From contig NZ_JAHDSX010000003.1 of assembly GCF_020969955.1 (NCBI RefSeq), positions 60,001 to 92,000 of the forward strand: a DNA stretch of 32,000 nucleotides. Reading direction: 5' to 3'. The translations under genes and the position numbers were made by a program. Under the pieces are notes generated by a model, which saw nothing but the letters and a program-made list of their open reading frames with translations, was not told the origin of the DNA and searched no databases. Below are positions 24,235 to 31,678 of the stretch, piece by piece (position 1 is the first letter of the stretch; each line of letters begins with the position of its first letter). The DNA is from Allobaculum fili (lineage in GTDB: Bacteria > Bacillota_I > Bacilli_A > Erysipelotrichales > Erysipelotrichaceae).

Positions 24235-24387
24235 TCAGCTTTTCGCCCGGTATTCTTCGTGAATCGCCTGAAGAATCTGCTGTTCTTTTTTCTCTTTGAC
24301 ATTGTTCAGATAAATCAGAACGGCCAGACAGATCACAACGCCGACAATGGCAATTCCCAGGCAGATGATTCCGATGGTTTTGTTCAT
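24235..24387 (-). CDS. Unlisted 50-aa single-pass membrane peptide (MNKTIGIICLGIAIVGVVICLAVLIYLNNVKEKKEQQILQAIHEEYRAKS)
   Basis: Found by manual translation and too short for the ORF track. ATG 24387-24385 overlaps the kinase TGA (24386-24384) as ATGA. It has one hydrophobic helix followed by a charged tail, with stop TGA at 24237-24235. Confidence 0.55.
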   Translation of the reverse strand: MNKTIGIICLGIAIVGVVICLAVLIYLNNVKEKKEQQILQAIHEEYRAKS

Positions 24388-26375
24388 TCGAGCCATCCTC
24401 CGTTTTCTACTTCTTCATGCTGGGTTTCGAGCAGATCCATCTCGGTATCTCCAGTCGAGCTGTCGTACTGCGCGAAAGCCTGCTGATAATACTGATCAAA
24501 GGTGTGGAACTCCCGGGCCGTAACCGGCGCCGCCAGCTGTCGATCGAGTTCCAGGAACGCGCGGCGTTTCGCATTGTTGTAATGACCGGGCTGTACTTCT
24601 TCCATGCGGGCAATGTTTTTTTCCACTTCATCAAAGCGGCCGAGTTTCTGGTTTACTACGGCCAGATTGTTCAGATCCTGATACGAGGCATAGTTCTGAT
24701 TCACAATTTCCTGAAGAAGATCCGCCTCCTTCTGGAGATACTTCTTGTCTGGCGAATTTGAAGCCAGGCGCGAATAGACGCGAATCAGCCGCTGACGCAT
24801 TCTTAATCCATACGCCTCGGGCAGTTTTTCGATCGCTTCTTCTAAAAGGCCGGCTGCTTTTTCATACTCGCCGACTTCCATTTTCCAGTCCGGAAGGCGG
24901 CAGTAAATCTGATACTGCATAGCCGGATCGGCTGTCTCCATTTTCAGCGCTTCAAGCTGTTCGATCGCCTGCGCGGTATTGCCCATCGCATGCTGGATCT
25001 CGCTCTGGGCAAGGACCAGATCGCCAGACGTCAGTCCGCCAGCCTGTGCCTGTTCCAGAACGGTATTCGCCTGATCGAAGTTTCCAAGATACGCCAGCGT
25101 GATGGCGTAATCGCGCGCCAGTGCGGCGTCGTCTTCCTGTAATTCGTAGGCTGAAGCGTAATTTTGCGCAGCCGGTTCATACTCGCCAAGCGCAAACTGC
25201 GACTCAGCCAGGTTTTTCAGCGCCTGCGCGAGATAGTTCGAATTTTTGGTAATGTCATCCATCTGCAAAACGGTATCCGCCAGATACTGTTCATTTTCCG
25301 CATATTTTCCCTGCGCGATCAGCATGTCCGAGCGCAGCAGGTCCGCATAGCCTTTGGAGGAGCTGACTTCCTTGGCTTTCTGATACGTTTCCTGCGCCTG
25401 GGCATACTGTCCGTTTCGAATCTGTTCGGTCATGGCCGTCGTGAGATGGTCATACTGATCTTTTCCATCCTGCACGATCAGGTAGACCGAGAACGCGCCG
25501 AGCGCGATAAAGAACACCAGCCCGGCAGTACAGAGGGTTTTCAGCGTTTTGACGGTCTTTCGCCATTTGCGAATGCGGCTGCTGGATTCTTCCATCACCG
25601 ACAGATCTTCCTTCATCTGCTCCGCGGATTCGTAGCGATCTTCCGGCTTTTGCGCGAGCGCCTTTTTCAGAATTTCCATAAACTCTTCTGAAGTTTTCGC
25701 GGCCAGCCCGTCCCATTGCGGATCTTCCGGGGTATAAATTTTTCCCATAGCCGCGTGATAGAGGGTGACTCCCAGCGAGTAAATGTCGCTGCGCGGGCTG
25801 AGCGCGCGAAAGCCGGGCATGGATCCGTGTGCCTGGAACTGTTCAAACACCCGTTTCTGTTCGGGAGAGCAGTAGTCTGGCGTTCCGCCGATGCCTTCCG
25901 CGCTGTTTCCTTCCATCGACGCGTTCAGATCAATAAGAACCGCGTCTCCATTTTTTCGAATCATGATGTTGGCCGGCTTTACGTCCAGATGAAGAATCGG
26001 CTTTTCCTGACGATGGAGTTCGCTTAAGGCAGAGGCAATATCCATCCCCATCTGCCGCAGCTGCAGCAGTCCAAAGTTTTCGCCGCTTTCCAGAATCTTT
26101 TCGAGCGAGCGCCCGTCAATAAATTCCATGACGGTGAAAAACTTCCCGTCGACTTCGAGGTAATCGTAGACGGCCGGCAAATACCGGCTTTTCAGTTTTT
26201 TCAGCAGGTTGGCTTCCATGCGGTTGGCTTCCTCATCGATCGAGGGGTTAAGAATCTGCTTTAAAACGACATACCGCCTCAGGTTGATCTGATAGGCCAG
26301 AATCACCAGGCCGCCTGTTCCGCTCCCGATTCTTCCTTTGATCTGATACATTTTCGAAAGTTCCGCTGATGTCAT
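24384..26375 (-). CDS. Hanks-type Ser/Thr protein kinase with a TM helix and C-terminal TPR-like repeats
   Basis: Gly loop GRIGSGTGG, VAIK-like YVVLKQI, catalytic loop HLDVKPAN (nt 25968-25991), DLN in place of DFG (Asp kept) and GTPDYCSPE. Then a TM helix (LCTAGLVFFIALGAFSVYLIV) and ~350 aa of TPR-like helical repeats. I prefer ATG 26375 over the track's TTG at 26411. Confidence 0.9.
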   Translation of the reverse strand: MTSAELSKMYQIKGRIGSGTGGLVILAYQINLRRYVVLKQILNPSIDEEANRMEANLLKKLKSRYLPAVYDYLEVDGKFFTVMEFIDGRSLEKILESGENFGLLQLRQMGMDIASALSELHRQEKPILHLDVKPANIMIRKNGDAVLIDLNASMEGNSAEGIGGTPDYCSPEQKRVFEQFQAHGSMPGFRALSPRSDIYSLGVTLYHAAMGKIYTPEDPQWDGLAAKTSEEFMEILKKALAQKPEDRYESAEQMKEDLSVMEESSSRIRKWRKTVKTLKTLCTAGLVFFIALGAFSVYLIVQDGKDQYDHLTTAMTEQIRNGQYAQAQETYQKAKEVSSSKGYADLLRSDMLIAQGKYAENEQYLADTVLQMDDITKNSNYLAQALKNLAESQFALGEYEPAAQNYASAYELQEDDAALARDYAITLAYLGNFDQANTVLEQAQAGGLTSGDLVLAQSEIQHAMGNTAQAIEQLEALKMETADPAMQYQIYCRLPDWKMEVGEYEKAAGLLEEAIEKLPEAYGLRMRQRLIRVYSRLASNSPDKKYLQKEADLLQEIVNQNYASYQDLNNLAVVNQKLGRFDEVEKNIARMEEVQPGHYNNAKRRAFLELDRQLAAPVTAREFHTFDQYYQQAFAQYDSSTGDTEMDLLETQHEEVENGGWLE

Positions 26376-26543
26376 AGTCTTCCCTGCTTCCCTTTTTCTC
26401 TCTGTCTGCAAGGATAGACGCCTGCGCGCGTATGGTTTTGCCTGTTCGATTCCAATGGAAAGGAACGGGCTGCGTACACGCAGACTTCTGTCCTCGTTTT
26501 CTGCTTTAGCTTTTATTCCCTGCTTAAGCGTTTACTGGCCGGC

Positions 26544-28586
26544 TTAAGCTTTTTTCTTTTTCACACCGTCAGCAGCTTCCGCTGGAGCCTGTGAAGGCTC
26601 GTCTTCTTTTTTCTGGTCCTGCGATTTTTCTTCCTTTGCTTTCAGTTCTGCGCTGTCTTTTTCATCCGGAGTCTGCGTTTTTTCTTCCGCTTCTGAAATG
26701 GCATTAACCCCAGCGTTTTCATTCTGGTCAAAGCGAACCAGTTTCCATTTCCCGTTGATTTTTACCGGCGCAACGCTGCGAATCATCCAGCCGCCGTCTT
26801 CAAACTCTCCGGCGTATTCGACTTTCAGACTGCCGTCCAGCATTTCAAATCCTTTTTTGGAATACGTTCCGATTCCATGCAGACCGGGTCTGGAAACGTC
26901 CAGGATTCCCTCTTTGGATTTCTTTCCGTCTGCGGAAATGATCGTGAACGTCCGATCTGTGTTCAGCGCTAAGAAGGGGCCCAGAGCATAGTTTTCCGTA
27001 TTCACTATGCTCATGGCGGGAACTTCGCGTTCGATCAGTGCAAAACAGGGAATCTGTTTTGCATCGTATGGACCGTAGGCTTTCCGGTTTACCGGATTGT
27101 AAATATAGTAGACATCCTCTTTCGCTTTGTCCTTTGCAGCGGGTGCCTTCTCATCGGAAGCGGCCTTTTTCTCGACGCGAACCAGAATCGGTGCGGCAGG
27201 CTGCTGGATGGCCGCTTTCTCATTTACAGTTTTTTCATTCGCAGAGGTTTCGCCGGACGCCTTTTTTGTATCGTCTGCTCCCGCATTCGGATCCGCTTTT
27301 CCATCCTGAGCGGCATCGGCAGCAGATGGATCGGAATCGGACGCGTCGTTGTTCTCCTTAGCAATCGGTGCTTCCTGGGAAGCAATTTTTTCCGAAGTGT
27401 TTCCGACTACGATAAGTTCGAGCTTTTCGTTGAGCGCGTAATGCGTCGTCTTTTCTGCAGCCGTTTTTTCATTCTTGTCGGCTGCAGCCGGCTTTTCTTC
27501 CTTCTTCGCGGAAGAGGGCTTTTCCTCTTTCTTGACGGGCACAGCTTTTGCTTCATGCAGATCTTTTGTAATTTCGTACTGTTTGCCCTGATCGTCCGCG
27601 CGCAGTGAAACAGACTGGATGCTTTCCGGAATTTTCGCCTGCGAATTTTTCAGCAGAATCTCGCAGCTGAGCTTTCGATCCGTACGGGTAACTTTTCCCT
27701 GCGGGGTCACAAAGCCGTAAACGCCGTCGGCGGCGATCAGCCAGCCCTGTTCGCCAATTTCAATCGGGGTAAAATCGAGCGGACCTAAATCCGCAACTTT
27801 CGTCCATCCCGGATCGGTTTTTCCGTCTTCTTCCGGTCTGGTTACATTGGCGAGCTGCGTATCAAACTCTTCCTGCTCACTGTCCGGCAGACTGGCATGC
27901 GCATCCGCAACGACCTGCTGGGCTTCAATCACATCTCCGCTTTCGATCAGGACCTGATAAAGAAGCAGGTAGGCGTCGGATCGGGCGGGATTGATTTCAA
28001 TTGCGGAATTCAGAAGACGGACAGCGGTCGCCACATCCGCCTGTTCAAGGGAATCCATCGCCTCATTCATATGCTTGCTGTACTGAATCGTATCGGCAGC
28101 CGCATTCATGACTTCTTCGATCGGTACGGCCTGACCCGCTTCGGCCATCTCGTTCACGTTTTGGGTAAACGTATCGTTTTCCTGCTGATCCAGAACGGTC
28201 TGCGCTTCTTCTACGAGCCCGATGAGCTGTTCTTCGTCGCCCTGATTCGAATACAGAGAATAGAGCTGTTCGTACGTATCGGATCGTTTCGGATCAATTT
28301 TCTTGGCTTCCAGAAGCGCTTCTTCCGCTTTGTCGTAATCCTGAGTTTCCATATATTTTTCTGCAGCCGCAATCGCTGCTTCATAGGAGTTTCCAGAATT
28401 CATCGACCGGCCCATCCAGCTGCCAAGGCCTACCCCGGCAGCGACGACTGCAGCCGTGCATCCAATTAAGATTCCTTTTTTGGCGCCTTTGGAAAGGCCG
28501 CCTTTCTTTTCGGGAGCCGGTGCTCCGCAGTTCATGCAGAACTTCATGCCGTCTGGAATTTCTGCTTTGCATTTTGGACATTTCAT
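26544..28586 (-). CDS. Bitopic protein: N-terminal zinc ribbon, TM helix, TPR-like repeats, K/E/A/P-rich linker, WG-repeat-like C-terminal region (680 aa)
   Basis: MKCPKCKAEIPDGMKFCMNCG zinc ribbon, then TM helix GILIGCTAAVVAAGVGLGSW. TPR-like segments follow (YEAAIAAAEKYMETQDYDKAEEALLEAKKIDP...; AVRLLNSAIEINPARSDAYLLLYQV...). There is low-complexity sequence (KKEEKPSSAKKEEKPAAADKNEK) and WG-repeat-like motifs (ADGVYGFVTPQGKV, INGKWKLVRFD). ATG 28586 is preceded by AGGAAGAA. Confidence 0.8.
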   Translation of the reverse strand: MKCPKCKAEIPDGMKFCMNCGAPAPEKKGGLSKGAKKGILIGCTAAVVAAGVGLGSWMGRSMNSGNSYEAAIAAAEKYMETQDYDKAEEALLEAKKIDPKRSDTYEQLYSLYSNQGDEEQLIGLVEEAQTVLDQQENDTFTQNVNEMAEAGQAVPIEEVMNAAADTIQYSKHMNEAMDSLEQADVATAVRLLNSAIEINPARSDAYLLLYQVLIESGDVIEAQQVVADAHASLPDSEQEEFDTQLANVTRPEEDGKTDPGWTKVADLGPLDFTPIEIGEQGWLIAADGVYGFVTPQGKVTRTDRKLSCEILLKNSQAKIPESIQSVSLRADDQGKQYEITKDLHEAKAVPVKKEEKPSSAKKEEKPAAADKNEKTAAEKTTHYALNEKLELIVVGNTSEKIASQEAPIAKENNDASDSDPSAADAAQDGKADPNAGADDTKKASGETSANEKTVNEKAAIQQPAAPILVRVEKKAASDEKAPAAKDKAKEDVYYIYNPVNRKAYGPYDAKQIPCFALIEREVPAMSIVNTENYALGPFLALNTDRTFTIISADGKKSKEGILDVSRPGLHGIGTYSKKGFEMLDGSLKVEYAGEFEDGGWMIRSVAPVKINGKWKLVRFDQNENAGVNAISEAEEKTQTPDEKDSAELKAKEEKSQDQKKEDEPSQAPAEAADGVKKKKA

Positions 28587-28732
28587 ATGGGTTCTTCCTG
28601 CCTTTTCTTCTCTTTTCACTACCGTAGAAACCGCCGTTTCCCGGTCTGCCTTCAAGCCTTGCGAAGGTTCGCCAGGAAATGCGTGCTTTATCTTTAACCG
28701 TTCTTTGTGCCGGTTGATTTGTTAGGACACTC

Positions 28733-28770
28733 CGAGCCTTTCCTCCGCTGTGATGTATAGGAAAGGCTCG
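28733..28770. repeat. Perfect 12-bp inverted repeat (CGAGCCTTTCCT - 14 nt - AGGAAAGGCTCG) upstream of the T7SS-like operon
   Basis: Arms at 28733-28744 and 28759-28770 lie ~150 nt upstream of the first gene (start 28586), in the divergent intergenic region. Confidence 0.7.
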
Positions 28771-29284
28771 AATTCGATCTAGATATAATCGTAATTAAAA
28801 TTTACTGCCTTTCTTCGTTTCCCAAAAAGAAGGGGTGATTCTGTCGGCTTTCGAACTTGTTTTTGCCCAATCTGCGCAGTTTTTGTGTCGTAAGTTTTCC
28901 ATTCTCTCGCATGCCCTGGATCATCCGCTCGCGTTCCGACCGTCCGATTGGCCGATCCGGGTGTAATTCTTTCTTCGGTTTCTCTGGCTCTCACAGCGCC
29001 GGCCTTTTTTCGGAACAGAATTTCCGGTTTGGTCCTGCAAAAAAGAGCGCCTTCCAAAAGCGCCCGGATCCTCTCCAAAGAAAGGGTTCGTCTTTGAAGA
29101 TCTCTTCTGTTTGAGCTCAGAGCAGAATTTTTACCCCTCCAAAATTCAGTTTTCTCGTACTTCTATACTGAAAACCAGATACAGGTTCGGTTCCCCCGAT
29201 CGCTTCTCTTTATCGCTGAGAAGCGAAGGAATCGAATTCGCGTTCCGTTCCTGGTTTCTCAGGGAAAAAAGGAGGAAATACATT

Positions 29285-30022
29285 ATGCATTACGACTATG
29301 CAGAAGAAACCCATAAATGGGTTCTGGATGCGTTTGAAGAAATCGGCATCCACAAATTCGACGACACGAACGACGGCCTGATCCGCTTCTCCATGCTTGT
29401 GCCGAAGTCCAAATTCAGAGCCTACGATTTCGCGATCCGGCTGTGCGATCATACCCTCACCATGTACATGATCGCTCCCTTCCGCGGGGATGACAGCGAT
29501 CGCAAAATGATGACGAAACTGGCTGTTCTTCAGACGAATGCCAACTACGGGCTGCGCAACGGAAACTTCGAAATGGATTTGCGCGATGGAGAAATCCGCT
29601 ACAAAACGTACATCAACCTGGAAAACAGTACCGTAAATCCAGACGTGCTCGATGACGCGATCCACATGTCCATCGCCGCCTTCGACGTCTATGGAAAGGA
29701 TATGGCGAAGATCGTCTATGGATTCGGTCAGGAATCCGAAGACGAAGAATTGGATGACGAAAAAGACGAAACGGAATCCGTTTCCGTCCACAGCGATTCC
29801 CCGATCCGCCGGCTGCGCGCGAAAATCATCGAGGCGCTCGAGATGCAGCCGACAGAAAACTTCTTTGAACATCTTTATCAGCTCTTTGGCGGCGAATCCC
29901 CCGAAGGGGAAACCGCGGACCCGGAAACCGTCATCGATCTGGTTGCGGAAACACTCGATCTGCCCCCTACAAAGATTCTGGAAACGATCATGGACACGCT
30001 TCGCGAGTTCAGCGGGGAGTAA
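29285..30022 (+). CDS. YbjN-like (secretion-chaperone-like fold family) protein with acidic C-terminal extension (245 aa); family call tentative
   Basis: ATG 29285 is preceded by AAAAGGAGGAAA. The N-terminal ~150 aa fit the YbjN pattern by eye (...LIRFSM....F....I......L.MY.......D....L..LQTNANYGLRNGNFEMDLRDGEIRYKTY). An E/D-rich tail follows. Confidence 0.6.
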   Translation: MHYDYAEETHKWVLDAFEEIGIHKFDDTNDGLIRFSMLVPKSKFRAYDFAIRLCDHTLTMYMIAPFRGDDSDRKMMTKLAVLQTNANYGLRNGNFEMDLRDGEIRYKTYINLENSTVNPDVLDDAIHMSIAAFDVYGKDMAKIVYGFGQESEDEELDDEKDETESVSVHSDSPIRRLRAKIIEALEMQPTENFFEHLYQLFGGESPEGETADPETVIDLVAETLDLPPTKILETIMDTLREFSGE

Positions 30023-30256
30023 GAGGCCGGATCGGCTGAACCCATCCGCAAACCAGACGGATCCAGAAGGTATTTTTCTCGTCTGAGGCTTTCTGATCTG
30101 GTGACGCTCAAATACCACAAAACCATGCAAGGTACAGCTCAAAAAGCTGTACCTTGTCTGTTTTCGGATGTCCTGTCCGTCTGGATCTGTCTTTTGAGGA
30201 AAGATTTACAGAATATCTTGCTTTTTACGCTATACTTAAAGCAAGGAATTATACAT

Positions 30257-30619
30257 ATGACAATTGGTGACCGTCTTAAATACATTCGAATTCAGCGCAA
30301 GAAAACTCTTGAAGAAGTCGCGGCAGCCGTCGGCGTCAACCCGACTTCCATTTCCAAATACGAGACCAACCGCATCAAGAACATCCCCCAGAAAAAGCTC
30401 GAAGAGCTTGCCCGCTATTTTGACGTCTCCATTTATTACATTCTGGGACTGACCGATCCGGGAGACGCTTCCCCTCTGATTCTTTCGATTGATGAACAGA
30501 TGCTCGTTGAAGACTATCGAAAGCTTTCCCATGAGGATCAGGTCACCGTGCAGATTCTGGTCAAGCGGCTGCTTGAAGTGGCGTCCGATCCGAAGGATTA
30601 TGTGCAGCTGACGCTGTGA
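30257..30619 (+). CDS. XRE-family helix-turn-helix transcriptional regulator (120 aa)
   Basis: IGDRLKYIRIQRKKTLEEVAAAVGVNPTSISKYETNRIKNIPQKKLEELARYFDVSIYYILG is a textbook HTH_3/XRE domain. ATG 30257 has AAGGAA upstream. Confidence 0.85.
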   Translation: MTIGDRLKYIRIQRKKTLEEVAAAVGVNPTSISKYETNRIKNIPQKKLEELARYFDVSIYYILGLTDPGDASPLILSIDEQMLVEDYRKLSHEDQVTVQILVKRLLEVASDPKDYVQLTL

Positions 30620-30730
30620 CCTTTTCCTGCCAGATCCTGTTCTTTATCCAAAACAGACAGAAGAATCCGGATCCATCTGGATCCATAATTTCTAGCTTCG
30701 CAAATTTATAGCTTTACGCTTCGCGAAAAA

Positions 30731-30771
30731 AGCCGCAGTCCGACACATCGATCGTGTGTCCAACTGCGGCT
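30731..30771. terminator. Bidirectional intrinsic terminator between the XRE gene and the sirtuin gene
   Basis: 9-bp outer stem AGCCGCAGT/ACTGCGGCT plus inner GACACA/TGTGTC. An A-run lies upstream (30726-30730) and T-rich sequence downstream. Confidence 0.6.
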
Positions 30772-30841
30772 TTCGTGTTTATCAGAGATTCAACAGGAAC
30801 GAAGAAACCGGGCTGGAAACGGTCTTCCTTCCAGTTCTGTC

Positions 30842-31591
30842 CTATTCTTCGGCTTTGAGTTCCTTTACGGCTTCGCCGAGAACTTTGCCGATGGAATCGT
30901 GAATGACCAGATCCGCCTGATTGTCATACGGGGTGCTGTCCCGGTTGATCAGAACAAGGTAGCGGCCGCGGAAATACTGCAGAAGTCCGGCTGCCGGGTA
31001 AACCTGAAGGCTGGTACCGCCAACGATCATGCAGTCAGCCTGAGCGATAGCCGAAACCGCCTGGTTCAGAACGCTGCCGTCCAGGGATTCTTCATACAGA
31101 ACGACATCCGGTTTAATGATGGCGCCGTCTTTCGGATCTCTTGGAATGCCGTCCTGATCGCGGTTTTTCATCGTTTCTTCGAGCGTGAAAAACGTATGGT
31201 CTTTCGTACAGTAGTTGCGCAGAACGGATCCGTGCAGTTCCAGCACGTTGAGCGATCCGGCTTTCTGATGCAGACCGTCAATGTTCTGGGTAATTACGGC
31301 TTTCAGCTTGCCCATCTTTTCCAGATCCGCCAGCGCGTAATGCGCGGCGTTTGGAACGGCGTCGAGATAAATCATTTCATTGAAGTAGAAATTGAAAAAT
31401 TCCTTGGGGTGACGGACAAAAAACGAATGGGAAAGCATCGTTTCCGCTGGATAGGGATACTTGTTTTCCTTTTTCTCTCCATAGAGACCCGTCGGAGAAC
31501 GGAAATCTGGAATATTGCTTTCGGTCGAAACGCCGGCTCCGCCAAAAAAGACAATATTGCTGGAATCGCGAAGAATATCTGTAAGCGTCAT
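30842..31591 (-). CDS. cobB: NAD-dependent protein deacylase, SIR2/sirtuin family (249 aa)
   Basis: FFGGAGVSTESNIPDFRS, QNIDGLH and ELHGS motifs in canonical order, with RBS AAAGGAG. Confidence 0.9.
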   Translation of the reverse strand: MTLTDILRDSSNIVFFGGAGVSTESNIPDFRSPTGLYGEKKENKYPYPAETMLSHSFFVRHPKEFFNFYFNEMIYLDAVPNAAHYALADLEKMGKLKAVITQNIDGLHQKAGSLNVLELHGSVLRNYCTKDHTFFTLEETMKNRDQDGIPRDPKDGAIIKPDVVLYEESLDGSVLNQAVSAIAQADCMIVGGTSLQVYPAAGLLQYFRGRYLVLINRDSTPYDNQADLVIHDSIGKVLGEAVKELKAEE

Positions 31592-31636
31592 ATGGCTTTA
31601 CTCCTTTATTTTCCTGCCTGGGCAGCCGTCAGGCTG

Positions 31637-31668
31637 AAAAAAGACCGGAAGAAAATCTCTCCCGGTCT
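31637..31668 (-). terminator. Rho-independent terminator of clpB
   Basis: Minus-strand RNA: AGACCGG - loop - CCGGTCT followed by UUUUUU (complement of 31637-31642). It begins 10 nt after the clpB stop. Confidence 0.7.
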
Positions 31669-31678
31669 GATTATAAAT

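Noticed and set aside
28779-29114. 99-aa minus-strand and 85-aa plus-strand ORFs in the divergent intergenic region
   Set aside because: They have no SD, are basic and low-complexity, and overlap each other. The region is more plausibly promoter and leader DNA.
30205-30236. Promoter for the XRE gene (TTTACA ... TATACT)
   Set aside because: The spacer is 20 nt, and the predicted start would leave too short a leader to include the RBS.
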